Shown piece by piece: positions 9,302 through 19,646 of a DNA stretch of 64,000 nucleotides (position 1 is the first letter of the stretch; each line of letters opens with the position of its first letter). A program made the position numbers and the translations under genes. This stretch comes from Massilia sp. (lineage in GTDB: Bacteria > Pseudomonadota > Gammaproteobacteria > Burkholderiales > Burkholderiaceae_D): NCBI GenBank assembly GCA_045810465.1, contig JBJMVW010000221.1, positions 23,197 to 87,196 of the forward strand. Direction: 5' to 3'. Below the pieces are notes generated by a model. The model saw only the letters and a list, made by a program, of their open reading frames with translations. It was not told the origin of the DNA and did no database searches.

Positions 9302-9785
9302 CGTCGAACGGCGCGGCCATCGCGCCGAGAAAGGCGAGCAGGGCCTGCGCCCGCTCGGGCATCTCGAGGCCTTCGGTGCGCTCGACGGCCGCGCGCAGGC
9401 CCGGCATCGCTTCGAGCGTATGCGGGCTGCGGTAGGCGTCGACCAGCATCTTCGCGAGGTCGTGCGGACTGCCGCAGGAACGCCGCAGGCGGGCATCGAT
9501 CACGGCCAGCAGCGCGCGCTGCATGCGCGGCGTCGGGTTGGCGATGTGCGCGAACACGGCGGGCGTGTTGGCGATGGACTCGCACAGCGCGTTTTCGATC
9601 TGGTCCGGCTTCATGTCGGACGCGATGTCGAAGTACGCGCGGTCCCAGCGCGTGCGCGCGTACGCGTGCCCGGCCGGGAAGGAGTCGAGGGTTTCAAACC
9701 CGAGCGCAGTGCTGGCGCGCGCGAGCAGGTCGAGCAGGACGGGGATCAGCGGCATGGCGGGTGGGAAGGGGATGGACGCATGCAT
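9270..9785 (-). CDS. Hypothetical protein (171 aa)
   Basis: ORF 9270..9866(-); likely start MHASIPFPPAMPLIPVLL. Non-biased composition, no recognisable motif. Convergent 31-nt overlap with the acyltransferase gene. Confidence 0.45.
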   Translation of the reverse strand: MHASIPFPPAMPLIPVLLDLLARASTALGFETLDSFPAGHAYARTRWDRAYFDIASDMKPDQIENALCESIANTPAVFAHIANPTPRMQRALLAVIDARLRRSCGSPHDLAKMLVDAYRSPHTLEAMPGLRAAVERTEGLEMPERAQALLAFLGAMAAPFDVIEAQARIVN

Positions 9786-9822
9786 GGGAGTGTAGCGCAA
9801 GCGTGGGAAGCGGGCTTCTGAA

Positions 9823-9933
9823 CGTCGTTCCCGCGCAGGCGGGAACCCATGCCGAGCTTGATGCACCTGCGGCTTCGTTGCTGTGCCGGGAAGTGCGAGC
9901 CGGTTATGGGTTCCCGCTTTCGCGGGAACGACG
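9823..9933. repeat. Pair of REP-like 20-bp palindromes in inverted orientation (BIME-like)
   Basis: cgtcGTTCCCGCgcagGCGGGAACcca (9823-9849) and tgggGTTCCCGCtttcGCGGGAACgacg (9906-9933) are reverse complements of each other, each an 8-bp stem hairpin, in a 155-bp intergenic gap. Confidence 0.6.
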
Positions 9934-9941
9934 TGCTTCAG

Positions 9942-10814
9942 TCAGGCGAACCGGCCAGCCCTGAAGTCCTCGACCGCCTGGAACAGCTCGGCCTGGGTGT
10001 TCATCACGAACGGGCCGTACTGCGCGATCGGCTCGTTCAGCGGACGGCCGGCGAGCAGCAGCAGGCGGCTGGCAGGGCCGGCCTTGATGCGCACGCCATC
10101 GGCGCCGGCTGCGTTGTCGAGGATCGCCATGCGCGCCTGCGGCACGCCTTTGCCCTCGACCGCCACCTCGCCGCGGAACACGTAGATGAACGCGTTGTGC
10201 CCGGCCGGAAGTAGCTGTTCGAAGCTCGCGCCTTCCGGCAGCTCGATGTCGAGGTACAGCGGTTCGGTTCCCGCGCGCTGCACCGCGCCTTCGATCCCGT
10301 GGCTGCTGCCCGCGATCACCTGCACCGTCGCGCCGCTGTCCGAGGTAAAACGCGGCACCTCGGCGTTCGGGATGTCGCGGTACCACGGCTCGGACATCTT
10401 GTCCGTCGACGGCAGGTTGAGCCACAGCTGGAAGCCCTCCATCAGGCCTTCCTCCTGTTCCGGCATCTCGGAGTGGACCACGCCGCGGCCGGCGGTCATC
10501 CACTGCACGCCGCCGTTCGTGACCAGGCCTTCGTTGCCGGCGCTGTCGCGGTGGCGCATCCGGCCCGTCAGCATGTAGGTCACGGTCTCGAAGCCGCGGT
10601 GCGGGTGCTCCGGGAAGCCGGCGATGTAGTCACCCGGCTTGTCGCTGCCAAAGGCATCGAGCATCAGGAACGGATCCAGGCGGCGCTGCAGCGGTTGGGT
10701 CAACACGCGGTTGATCTTCACCCCGGCGCCGTCCATTACGAACTGGCCGTTGATCAGGCGTTCCACGCCGCGCGAGCTGGTCACGCCTTGCTGGTTCAAC
10801 TGTTGTGTCATCAT
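9942..10814 (-). CDS. Pirin family protein (bicupin, quercetin 2,3-dioxygenase-like)
   Basis: HPHRGFETVTYML...GVQWMTAGRGVVHSEMP pirin metal-binding motifs. Confidence 0.8.
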   Translation of the reverse strand: MMTQQLNQQGVTSSRGVERLINGQFVMDGAGVKINRVLTQPLQRRLDPFLMLDAFGSDKPGDYIAGFPEHPHRGFETVTYMLTGRMRHRDSAGNEGLVTNGGVQWMTAGRGVVHSEMPEQEEGLMEGFQLWLNLPSTDKMSEPWYRDIPNAEVPRFTSDSGATVQVIAGSSHGIEGAVQRAGTEPLYLDIELPEGASFEQLLPAGHNAFIYVFRGEVAVEGKGVPQARMAILDNAAGADGVRIKAGPASRLLLLAGRPLNEPIAQYGPFVMNTQAELFQAVEDFRAGRFA

Positions 10815-10844
10815 TCTCTCCTGTTTGCGCCGCCCGGGCCAGGC

Positions 10845-11441
10845 TCAGGCCAGCGCGGTTTCGACCTGCGCGTCGGCCTCGGCGCGGCCTTTGGCGGCGG
10901 CGTCAGGACCCATCGCCTGGGCAGCCGAGTACACGAAGGTCGCGTCGGTCATGCCGACAAAGTTGAGCAGCATGCGGATGTGCGGCACTTGCGGGTCGGC
11001 GTTGTCCGGATAGATGCCGCCGCGCGAGGTCGCCACGAACGCTTTCTTGCCCTTCAGCAGGCCTTCCGGACCGGATTCGGTATAGCGGAAGGTGACGCCG
11101 GCGCGGGCGATCGCGTCGAACCAGGTCTTCAGTTGCACGGACATGCCAAAGTTATACATCGGCGCGCCCAGCACGACCACGTCGGCAGCCTGCACTTCGG
11201 CGATCAGCGCGTCGTCCAGCGCCACGCGGGCGGCCTGCTGCGGGCTGCGCTTGTCGGCCGGGGTGAACAGGGCGCCGAGCGCCGCGTCGTCCAGCACCGG
11301 GTGCGGGTTGGCGGCGACGTCACGCACCTTGACTTGGGCGCCCGGGTTGGCGGCGACCAGTTTGGCGACGATTGCATTGGCTACGCGGGACGATTCGGAT
11401 TCGGCACCGCGGACGCTCGAGTTGATCTGCAGGATGTTCAT
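10845..11441 (-). CDS. azoR: FMN-dependent NADH-azoreductase
   Basis: [12 protein letters not shown]...[20 protein letters not shown] matches the AzoR/AcpD family over full length. Confidence 0.8.
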   Translation of the reverse strand: MNILQINSSVRGAESESSRVANAIVAKLVAANPGAQVKVRDVAANPHPVLDDAALGALFTPADKRSPQQAARVALDDALIAEVQAADVVVLGAPMYNFGMSVQLKTWFDAIARAGVTFRYTESGPEGLLKGKKAFVATSRGGIYPDNADPQVPHIRMLLNFVGMTDATFVYSAAQAMGPDAAAKGRAEADAQVETALA

Positions 11442-11552
11442 TGTGTTGTTCCTTCTAGTGAATGGTCTTCGATGGAAACTACTTTAGCAGTTCCAAAATC
11501 AAACCGGAAGACGCTAGAATGGATAACATTATTCAGCCAGTGGAACAATCGC

Positions 11553-12467
11553 ATGGACGTCGAACCGAACGACCTTTTACTGTTCGCCCGCATTGTCGAG
11601 GCCGGCAGCTTCAGCCAGGCGGCGCTGCGTGTCGACCTGCCGAAGTCGACCGTATCGCGCCGGATCGCACTGCTCGAGGCAAAGCTGGGCGAACGCCTGC
11701 TGCAGCGGACCACCCGCAAACTGGTGGTCACCGAATTCGGCGCCAGCCTGCTCGAGCATGCGCGCAAGGTGGTGGAGGAGGTCGAGGCGGCCGGCGCGCT
11801 GGTGCAGCACCGCCAGCTCGAGCCGAGCGGCCGGCTGCGCATCTCGCTGCCGGGCGACTTCGCGAACATGGGGCTCAACGACGTCATCGCGCGCTTCATG
11901 GCGCGCTACCCGGCGGTGACGCTGGAACTCGACCTGTCGCCACGCCGGGTCGACCTGGTGGCGGAGAATTTCGACATCGCGATCCGCATGGGCGACCTGC
12001 CGGACGATTCGTCGCTGCACGCGCGCCGGGTCGTGCTCGAGCGTTTCGGGCTGTACGCCGCGCCGTCCTACATTGCCCAGCGCGGGCTGCCGGAGCAGCC
12101 CGACGACCTGCTCGAACACGACCTGCTGTGCATCCTGAGCCGCAGCGGCGGCGCGGCGCCATGGGTGCTCACGCGCGGCAAGGTGCGGTGGGAGCGCGAA
12201 CTGCCGGCGCGGCTGTCCGCCAACTCGCCCGACCTGCTCACGCGTATCGCCTGCAGCGGCGCCGGGATCGCTGCCAGTTCCGACCTGTTCGCGGGTCCCC
12301 ATGTGCGCAAGGGAGAGCTGGTGCGGGTGCTGCCCGAATGGGACCTGCCGGTGGCCACGGGGTGGGCCGTATTCCCCGGCCGGCGCCTGATGCCCGCCAA
12401 GACGCGCGCGTTCCTGGATATGGTCGAAGAGATGTGCTGCGAAGGGAAGGGCGGGGAGCCGGTGTAA
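11553..12467 (+). CDS. LysR-family transcriptional regulator
   Basis: Divergent from azoR. MDVEPNDLLLFARIVEAGSFSQAALRVDLPKSTVSRRIALLE N-terminal HTH plus C-terminal substrate-binding domain. Alternative start at 11472. Confidence 0.75.
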   Translation: MDVEPNDLLLFARIVEAGSFSQAALRVDLPKSTVSRRIALLEAKLGERLLQRTTRKLVVTEFGASLLEHARKVVEEVEAAGALVQHRQLEPSGRLRISLPGDFANMGLNDVIARFMARYPAVTLELDLSPRRVDLVAENFDIAIRMGDLPDDSSLHARRVVLERFGLYAAPSYIAQRGLPEQPDDLLEHDLLCILSRSGGAAPWVLTRGKVRWERELPARLSANSPDLLTRIACSGAGIAASSDLFAGPHVRKGELVRVLPEWDLPVATGWAVFPGRRLMPAKTRAFLDMVEEMCCEGKGGEPV

Positions 12468-12543
12468 CCTGGACGACGTGGCAGGGCGGCGGGTAACGGG
12501 GCGGTAGGGTGCGCACCGGTGCGCAGGCGGTCCGCCGCCCGTG

Positions 12544-13410
12544 TTACCGCGCGGTGGTTCGTGCCGGCCGATTCCCCATCATTTCGCCCAGCCGCACCTT
12601 GCGCTCCGGCGCCCATTCCGGGTTGAATTGAATCGTATCCTTCTGAAACAGCATCACGACCGTCGAACCGAGAAGGAAGCGTCCCATCTCTTCGCCTTTC
12701 TTCAGCACCACCTGGCCAGGTTCATAAGTCCATTCGCAGATGCGCGTCATGCGCGGCGGGTTGACCACGCCGTGCCAGACCGTTGCCATGCTGCCGACGA
12801 TGGTCGCGCCGACCAGCGTCATCACGAACGGGCCATGCTCGTCCGACTCGAACACGCACACCACGCGCTCGTTGCGCGCGAACAGTCCCGGCACGCCGCG
12901 CGCGGTGGTCGGGTTCACCGAAAACAGCGCGCCCGGCACGTAGATCATGCGGGTCAGGCGGCCGTCGCACGGCATGTGGATGCGGTGGTAGTCCTTGGGG
13001 CTCAGGTACAGGTTGGCGAAGCAGCCGTGCTGGAAGTGCGACGCCAGCGCCGCGTCACCGCCAACCAGTTCGGTGGTGGTGAACTTGTGGCCCTTGGCCT
13101 GGAAAATGTGGTGGTCGTCGACGCTGCCGAACTGGCTGATCGCGCCATCGACCGGGCAGATGTAATCGGCATCGGCCAGCGGGCGCACGCCGTCGCGCAA
13201 GGGGCGCGTGAAGAATTCGTTAAAGCTCGCATAGCTGGCGATGTCGGCGTTGACGGCTTCGTCCATGTCGACGCCATACTTGCCGACGAACCAGCGGATC
13301 AGCCTGGTCGTCATCGCGCCACCTTTGGCGCCGGCGACGCGACCGGCGAACGAGGTCAGCGCCTGCTTGGGCATCACGTATTGCGGCAGTACTTTGAATC
13401 GATCGGACAC
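12544..13410 (-). CDS. psd: Phosphatidylserine decarboxylase proenzyme
   Basis: Full-length Psd similarity, including the LGSTVV self-cleavage site (G-S-T). Confidence 0.85.
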   Translation of the reverse strand: MSDRFKVLPQYVMPKQALTSFAGRVAGAKGGAMTTRLIRWFVGKYGVDMDEAVNADIASYASFNEFFTRPLRDGVRPLADADYICPVDGAISQFGSVDDHHIFQAKGHKFTTTELVGGDAALASHFQHGCFANLYLSPKDYHRIHMPCDGRLTRMIYVPGALFSVNPTTARGVPGLFARNERVVCVFESDEHGPFVMTLVGATIVGSMATVWHGVVNPPRMTRICEWTYEPGQVVLKKGEEMGRFLLGSTVVMLFQKDTIQFNPEWAPERKVRLGEMMGNRPARTTAR

Positions 13411-13525
13411 GATGGAAGCCTCAAACTGTAACGATGGCGCATTATAACGGGGGTGCTGACGGGTATCAGCATTTTTGCGGCCGGCGATGCTTGCGTGGCC
13501 AGCCTCAGCGTCCTAGGATGTGACA

Positions 13526-13831
13526 ATGGAAGACAGGGTAGCAAAACTCGAGGTTTCAGTTACCGACATTCGCGAAAGGCTGGCGAAGATCGAATTTCGC
13601 CTGGAAGACACGCGCAATGAAGTCGCTGCGCTGAAGGTGGAAATGCATAAAGGATTTGCCGAGATGATCAAATGGGTGGTCGGCACGGCCATCGTCCTCG
13701 GCGCAACTGGCATCACAGTCATCACCTTCGTCCTCAATTACGCGTCTCCCCGCGCGCTGCCCGCGCAACCCGCACCAATTGTCATCCAGCTGCCGGCCCA
13801 GCCTGCGGCGCAGTTGCCCGGCAGGCCCTAG
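13526..13831 (+). CDS. Hypothetical membrane-anchored coiled-coil protein
   Basis: MEDRVAKLEVSVTDIRERLAKIEFRLEDTRNEVAALKVEMHKGFAEMIKWVVGTAIVLGATGITVITFVLNY: coiled coil plus one TM helix, Pro/Ala-rich tail. GTG at 13520 is an alternative start. Confidence 0.45.
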   Translation: MEDRVAKLEVSVTDIRERLAKIEFRLEDTRNEVAALKVEMHKGFAEMIKWVVGTAIVLGATGITVITFVLNYASPRALPAQPAPIVIQLPAQPAAQLPGRP

Positions 13832-13865
13832 GCAAGCGCACGCCCTGGCCGCTACCAAACGGTTT

Positions 13866-15356
13866 TTAGTGGCGTGGCCGTTTTCGTTTGCCCTGGCGCT
13901 TCAGAGCTGGCTTGGCCTTCGCCAGGGTGGCCGCCACCCATTTCATCAGGGCAGGTTCGTCCGCCATATTGCCCGCATAGGGCAGGTCGGGCACAAACGG
14001 CTCGCGCGTGGCCTGGAATGCCGTGTAGATCGCGGATGGGAGCGTGATCGAGCCATTGCCGCTGGGGAGATTGAACCGGTTGATCTCGCCATACGGCGAA
14101 TAGCCGAGCGTTGACTCGCCCACCAGCACGGTATCGGCCATCGAACTGATTTGCTGGACGAAGTTCATGCAGGAGCTGAAGCAGCCCCGGTTGATCACGG
14201 CGGCAACGCGCGGTCCGCCCGGCCGTTTGCGTACCTGCGCTGCCAGCGCCGCCGCCTGCTCACGTGTGCCGCCTTCGACCTGGGCCATTTTTTCGCCGCC
14301 GCGAATGGCCATTTCCAGCTTGTGCAGGGTATCCTCGAATTCGCCTTTGGACGCGGCGTACTCCGGCAGGCTGGCATAGCGCTGGTACACGCCGACGGTG
14401 GCCTGGTCCGCGATCAGCAGTTTGGAATACGCGGCGGTGTCGCCCAAACGTTCGCCGTATTCCTTGCCGTAGAGCGCTTGCAGTGCGCGGTTGCCCCAGC
14501 TCGAATCGCCGCCGCCATTGCCGCGCAGGTCGAATACCACCCAGTCCGATTTCTTGAGCGCCGCCAGTTGCGGATACAGTTTCTCGTAAGGCGCCGCGGA
14601 AATGCCGCCATTGAAGTCCGGCATGGCAACCCAATGCATGCCGGCTGCGAGCGGATAGAGGCCGACTGGCCGGCCCTTGGCCGCATACTGTTTGCGCACT
14701 TGCTCGATGCGTTCGGCGCCGATGCCGTCCGCAACCGCCCGCAGCGGCAAATCGTAGCGGCGGCTGCTGCCGTCGGCCAGCGTGAAGGCACATTGCTTGG
14801 GCGTCCAGCCCAGGCCGAGGTCGAACATCGACTGCCTGGCGGCTTCGCTGGCGGCGGTGGCATATTCCAGGCTGTGATTGATGAAGGGCGCGACCTTACT
14901 CTTCAGATAGGTGCCGATCCAGACGCCGTCGCAGCTCTGCACGGTGGCGTCGCGCGGCGGCAGCGCTTGCGGCCAGTTCGATTCCGACCAGATGACGCGG
15001 TATTGGCCGTCAACCCGGTCGAGCACGATGCCGGTCCAGGCCTGGATCTTGAGTTGCAAGTTGATGCCGGTGTGCGGGTCACCGAAGCCGTTGATGAAGC
15101 GCACCATTGCGCGGCGGTAGTCCTGCTCGGTCTTTACATTGGCTGCTTCGATCATGCCGCCGCGCCCGCCGGCTTCCAGCGGAGCGATCACGTCGAGCTG
15201 CCCCGTGACGGCGCCAGCGTGGCTGCTGCGTATGGTATCGATGGCGAACTGCATGTCCTGCTGGGCGGCGGCGCTCCAGTCCGTGGCGCCCGGAGCGGCG
15301 TGGGCCAGCGCGGTACAGAGGATAAGCGGGGCAACGAGGAGGTTGGATGACGGCAT
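13866..15356 (-). CDS. S41-family (C-terminal processing/tail-specific) peptidase, secreted
   Basis: Start at MPSSNLLVAPLILCTALAHAAP (signal peptide). VVFDLRGNGGGDSSWG matches the S41 catalytic-Ser region. Confidence 0.7.
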   Translation of the reverse strand: MPSSNLLVAPLILCTALAHAAPGATDWSAAAQQDMQFAIDTIRSSHAGAVTGQLDVIAPLEAGGRGGMIEAANVKTEQDYRRAMVRFINGFGDPHTGINLQLKIQAWTGIVLDRVDGQYRVIWSESNWPQALPPRDATVQSCDGVWIGTYLKSKVAPFINHSLEYATAASEAARQSMFDLGLGWTPKQCAFTLADGSSRRYDLPLRAVADGIGAERIEQVRKQYAAKGRPVGLYPLAAGMHWVAMPDFNGGISAAPYEKLYPQLAALKKSDWVVFDLRGNGGGDSSWGNRALQALYGKEYGERLGDTAAYSKLLIADQATVGVYQRYASLPEYAASKGEFEDTLHKLEMAIRGGEKMAQVEGGTREQAAALAAQVRKRPGGPRVAAVINRGCFSSCMNFVQQISSMADTVLVGESTLGYSPYGEINRFNLPSGNGSITLPSAIYTAFQATREPFVPDLPYAGNMADEPALMKWVAATLAKAKPALKRQGKRKRPRH

Positions 15357-15540
15357 CGGTTTCCTATTGAGCTGTAAGCGTAGAGCTGGCCGGGCGGATT
15401 CTCCACTAAAATTATTTTCTTGGCAACCAAGGTCCCTGCCTGGAGATCCATGGCATACATACCAAAAATATATTCCCGCGAGCAACAAAAAAGCGGCGAA
15501 CTGACAGACAATGGTGTTCCCAATAAATTGTCTGTTCAAT

Positions 15541-17745
15541 ATGCGCCGCTACACGATCCGCTTGACCATGCTCGCCGGCGCCATTGCCGCCGTGACGCCG
15601 GCCTTCGCCCAGGAAGCGCAGCCCGCCACGACCAGCAAACCTGTCGTCACCCAGAAGACCGAGACTGATGAGTCAAAACTGCAGAAAGTCGAAGTGCGCG
15701 GCAGCGCCGAGGCGTACGATCCCCGGCGCGACGACACCGCCAGCAAGATCGTGGTCAACCATGAGGAAATCGTCAAGTACGGCGACACCAATGTGCTCGA
15801 CGTATTGAAGCGCGTGCCGGGCGTGACCGTCAGCGGAGCGGCCGGGCGCGGCGGCGAGATCCGCATGCGCGGCCTGGGCAGCGGCTACACGCAGATCCTG
15901 ATCAACGGCGAGCGCGCGCCGGCCGGCTTTTCGATGGATACGCTGTCGCCGGACGTGATCGAACGGATCGAGGTGCTGCGCGCCGCCAGCGCCGAGTTCT
16001 CGACCCAGTCGATCGCCGGCACCATCAACATCGTCCTGAAAAAGGTGATCAAGAACGCGCAGCGCGAACTGAAGCTCGGTTACGGCGCCGGCGCCGGCGT
16101 GCGCAGCCCGACCGCGAACCTGCAGCTGTCGGACCGCGCCGGCAAGATGTCGTATTCGCTGACCGCCAACCTGTTCCAGCAGCGCTTCGACCGCGACACG
16201 GGAACGGTGGAGCAGGGTTACAACCTGGCCGGCGAGCAGAACCTGCTGCGCAACAGTGGTTCGAACGAGGTCGGCCGGGTGGTGGCCATGAACCTCAGCC
16301 CGCGCCTGAACTGGACCCTGGACGGTGGCGACACCCTGACCTCGCAGTCCTTCCTGAACGTCAACCGGTTCCGGGTTCGCGACCGCGTCCTGGCCGCGAC
16401 TCTTCAGGGCGATCCGCCGCCGTATCCGGTCCAGCAGATGTCCCTGACCAACGATAACGAGTTTTTCCGGACCGACCTGAACTGGGTGCACAAGCTGGCG
16501 TCCGGCGCCAAGCTGGACATGAAGATCGGCGGTGTAATCGGTGGCCTGGCGAATACGACCTACCGCGCCGGCACCGGCAACCCGCGCTATGACGACTGGA
16601 ACCGCGTGATCGACTCCAAAGGGACCGATCGCGGCCTGAGCTCGACCGGCAAATACACCAATCCGCTGTTGGAAGGCCATTCGCTGGCGATCGGCTGGGA
16701 CGGCGGCTACAACACCCGCGACGACGAACGCCATGAACGCGATTTCCTGCAGCCCGAGGTGGCGATTCCCGGCGGCGACGAAGACTACAGGTCAGCCGTC
16801 AAGCGCCTTGCGCTGTACGCTCAGGACGAATGGAACGTGACCAAGAGCTGGTCGGTGTACCTGGGCATGCGCTGGGAAGGCATCCGGATCCGTACCGAAG
16901 GCAATACCTTTGCCACCGCCGCGTCCAGTTCCAGCGTCTGGAGCCCGCTGCTGCAAACGCTCTGGAAGCTGCCCGGCACCAAGGGCGACCAGGTCCGCTT
17001 TGCCGTCACCCGCACCTACAAGGCGCCCGGCCTGCAAAGCCTGATCCCGCACCGCTTCACCTCCGTGAACAACAGCCAGGTCTCGCCCGACTCGCAGGGC
17101 AATCCGAACCTGAAGCCCGAGCTCGCGCTCGGTTTCGACGCCTCCTACGAACACTATTGGGCCGAGGGCGCGCTGCTGTCGGTCAGCACCTCCATGCGGC
17201 GCATCGACGACTACACCCGCAACCTGACCGTGTTCGAGGACGGCCGCTGGGTGTCGCTGCCGACCAACGCCGGACGGGCGCAAACGCGCGGCCTCGAACT
17301 GGAAGCGAAGTTCCCGCTCAAGTCCTTGCGGGCCAACGCACCGGCCATCGACCTGCGCGCCAGCCTGTCGCGCAACTGGTCGAGTGTCGACTCGGTGCCC
17401 GGGCCGAACAACCGGCTCGACCAGCAAACCCCGCTGTCGGCCAACTTCGGGCTCGACTACAAAGCCGGCGCGTTGACCACCGGCGGCAGCTTCGGCTTCA
17501 AGAACGGCGGCATGGTGCGGGTATCGGACCGGCAGACCGCCTATGTCAGCGTGCGGCGCGACCTGGACCTGTACGTGCTCTGGAAATTCGACCCGAAATA
17601 CCAGTTGCGCATCGCGGTCTCGAATGTCCTCGGCCAGGACTATATCAACGAGCGAAGCTATGCCGGCGCCGAGGGCGAACTGCGCAGCCGCTGGGCGTAT
17701 CCGGCCAGCGCCAATGTGCGCGCGACGATGGAAATGAAGTTCTGA
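15541..17745 (+). CDS. TonB-dependent outer-membrane receptor
   Basis: Signal peptide, TonB box-like DESKLQKVEV, plug domain (NVLDVLKRVPGVTVSG...IRMRGLG), C-terminal aromatic terminus MEMKF. Confidence 0.85.
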   Translation: MRRYTIRLTMLAGAIAAVTPAFAQEAQPATTSKPVVTQKTETDESKLQKVEVRGSAEAYDPRRDDTASKIVVNHEEIVKYGDTNVLDVLKRVPGVTVSGAAGRGGEIRMRGLGSGYTQILINGERAPAGFSMDTLSPDVIERIEVLRAASAEFSTQSIAGTINIVLKKVIKNAQRELKLGYGAGAGVRSPTANLQLSDRAGKMSYSLTANLFQQRFDRDTGTVEQGYNLAGEQNLLRNSGSNEVGRVVAMNLSPRLNWTLDGGDTLTSQSFLNVNRFRVRDRVLAATLQGDPPPYPVQQMSLTNDNEFFRTDLNWVHKLASGAKLDMKIGGVIGGLANTTYRAGTGNPRYDDWNRVIDSKGTDRGLSSTGKYTNPLLEGHSLAIGWDGGYNTRDDERHERDFLQPEVAIPGGDEDYRSAVKRLALYAQDEWNVTKSWSVYLGMRWEGIRIRTEGNTFATAASSSSVWSPLLQTLWKLPGTKGDQVRFAVTRTYKAPGLQSLIPHRFTSVNNSQVSPDSQGNPNLKPELALGFDASYEHYWAEGALLSVSTSMRRIDDYTRNLTVFEDGRWVSLPTNAGRAQTRGLELEAKFPLKSLRANAPAIDLRASLSRNWSSVDSVPGPNNRLDQQTPLSANFGLDYKAGALTTGGSFGFKNGGMVRVSDRQTAYVSVRRDLDLYVLWKFDPKYQLRIAVSNVLGQDYINERSYAGAEGELRSRWAYPASANVRATMEMKF

Positions 17746-17773
17746 TTCAGGTGCCGATGAAAGGCCAGCCGGG

Positions 17774-19009
17774 TCATGCGCGCGCCCGGTGGGTGCTGAA
17801 GTAGCGCTGCGCCGCGATGGTCGCCAGCGCCTGCATCGCCGCGCAGACGTAGAAGGTGCTGCCGATGCGCCAGTCCTGCGCCGGCAGCCGGCTGGCCGCG
17901 CCGAGGATCGCGGTGCCCAGCAGCGGCATCAGGATCACGCCCAGGCTGCCGATCGACTGCAGGGATCCCATCAGCTCACCCTGTTCGCTGGCCGGCGTGG
18001 CCTTCGAGATGATGCCCTGCAGCGCCGGGCCGGCGGCGAAGGCGAGCAGGTTACACAGGATGAACACGTACATCATCCAGCCGCGCGTGGCCAGGCCATA
18101 CAGCAGGTAGGTGATCGCGCCGGACCCGAGCCCGAGCAGCGACAGCCGCACCTCGCCCAGGCGCCGGATCAGCACCGCCAGCAGGCCGGCCTGCACCACC
18201 GCGGCGGACAAGCCCACGCAAAACAGCGCGATGCCGTTGTCGCGCGGGGTCCAGTTGAAGCGGAAGGTCGTGTACAGCACCCAGGTCGCGTGCAGCATCA
18301 TTTGCGGGAAGGTGGTCAGGACGTACACCACCACCAGGCCGCGCACGTCGCGCCGGCGCACCAGCTTGAGCAGCGCCGCGAACGGGTTCACGCGCGCCAG
18401 CCGCAACGGTTCGCGCCGCGCCGCCGGCAGCGACTCGGGGACCATCAGCCAGCCGTACAACAGGTTGGCCGCCGACAGGCCGGCCGCCACGTAAAACGGC
18501 AGGTGCAGGCCGACGCTGCCGAGCAGCCCGCCAAGCATCGGCCCGCAGATGAAGCCGAGCCCGAACGCGGCGCCGATCTTGCCGAAGCTGCTGGCGCGGT
18601 TCTCGTGGCTCGAGATGTCCGACGCGTAGGCCGAGGCGACCGACATGCTGGCCGAGGACATGCCGCCGATGACGCGACCGAGGAACAGGAACAACAGGTT
18701 GGGCGCCCACGCGGTGACCAGGAAGTTGGCGCACATGCCGGCCATCGAATACATCAGCACCGGCCGGCGTCCGACCCGGTCGCTGATCGCACCGAGCATC
18801 GGCATGCACAGGAACTGCATCAGCCCGAACACCATCGTCATCACGCCGAACCACAGCGACTGCGCCTCGCGCCCGCTGACGAATTCGCCGACCAGCAGCG
18901 GCAGCACCGGGACGATCAGGCCGATGCCGAGCATGTCGATGAACACGCAGACCAGGACGAAGTTCAGGTTCCCGGCAGAGGCCTTCTGGAGGGTGGCGCT
19001 GGAGCTCAT
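17774..19009 (-). CDS. MFS transporter, tetracycline-resistance TetA/TCR-like
   Basis: 12 TM. Motif A GAISDRVGRRPVL and the overall TetA-class pattern. Confidence 0.8.
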   Translation of the reverse strand: MSSSATLQKASAGNLNFVLVCVFIDMLGIGLIVPVLPLLVGEFVSGREAQSLWFGVMTMVFGLMQFLCMPMLGAISDRVGRRPVLMYSMAGMCANFLVTAWAPNLLFLFLGRVIGGMSSASMSVASAYASDISSHENRASSFGKIGAAFGLGFICGPMLGGLLGSVGLHLPFYVAAGLSAANLLYGWLMVPESLPAARREPLRLARVNPFAALLKLVRRRDVRGLVVVYVLTTFPQMMLHATWVLYTTFRFNWTPRDNGIALFCVGLSAAVVQAGLLAVLIRRLGEVRLSLLGLGSGAITYLLYGLATRGWMMYVFILCNLLAFAAGPALQGIISKATPASEQGELMGSLQSIGSLGVILMPLLGTAILGAASRLPAQDWRIGSTFYVCAAMQALATIAAQRYFSTHRARA

Positions 19010-19151
19010 GGCGGTCGGCCGTAGCCGGGCTGGACGAAAACCCTATCTTAGCATCGGCGCTGGCGAAAGCATCCGCGGCGCCGCGCTTAAGAATACGCTT
19101 GGCAAGCCGGCGCAAGCGTCGCACAATCGGGCATCACATCAGGAGAGCGCC

Positions 19152-19637
19152 ATGCGCCTTGCCACGATCACCAGCGCCGCGCTGCTTGCCGCGGTCTGCC
19201 TGCAGTCAGCCTTCGGAGCCGAACAGATGAACTTCCAGGAATCCATCGCCGTCGAGTCCAGCGCGGGCAGGGTGCTGGTGCACGTCACGGTCGACAACCA
19301 GGGCGAGAGCCCGGTGTATGTGCCGCGCGCGGTGGCCAGCGAACATGAGCTGTGGGGCCGGCTGTTCGAGGTGCGCGACCTTGCGAGCGGCCAGGTCCTC
19401 GAGTACACCGGCCCGATGGTCAAGCGCGGGCCCTTGACGAGCGCCGATTACCTGCCGGTCCCGCCGCACAGAAAACACAGCAATACGCTCGACATCACCG
19501 ACGCCTACGCGTTCAGGCAGGGGACGCACAGCTACCAGCTCAGCTACCCTGGCACTTACCTGACGAATGTCGCCAGGCTCGATGCTGCGGCGCAGGTGGC
19601 GCCCGCGCCGGTGCAGTTCACCCACACCGGCCGGTAA
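19152..19637 (+). CDS. Secreted protein homologous to the propeptide of the adjacent M35 protease (161 aa)
   Basis: RBS AGGAGAG 6 nt upstream. Signal peptide MRLATITSAALLAAVCLQSAFGA. Region VHVTVDNQGESPVYVPRAV...LFEVRDLASGQVLEYTGPMVKRGPLTSADYLPV aligns with VVTVTITNTSSTPQYVLKW...LFDVTRDGLPVPYLGAHAKRPAPTAADYYLL of the protease precursor. Confidence 0.55.
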   Translation: MRLATITSAALLAAVCLQSAFGAEQMNFQESIAVESSAGRVLVHVTVDNQGESPVYVPRAVASEHELWGRLFEVRDLASGQVLEYTGPMVKRGPLTSADYLPVPPHRKHSNTLDITDAYAFRQGTHSYQLSYPGTYLTNVARLDAAAQVAPAPVQFTHTGR

Positions 19638-19646
19638 CGCTACCCC

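Noticed and set aside
11442-11552. LysR-type T-N11-A box in the azoR/lysR divergent promoter
   Set aside because: Only weak partial dyads (ATTCAGCCAGTGGAAC) are present and none is convincing enough to annotate
12468-12543. Bidirectional terminator between convergent LysR and psd genes (palindrome GCGCACCGGTGCGC)
   Set aside because: There is a hairpin but no adjacent T or A run on either strand, so it is not callable as rho-independent
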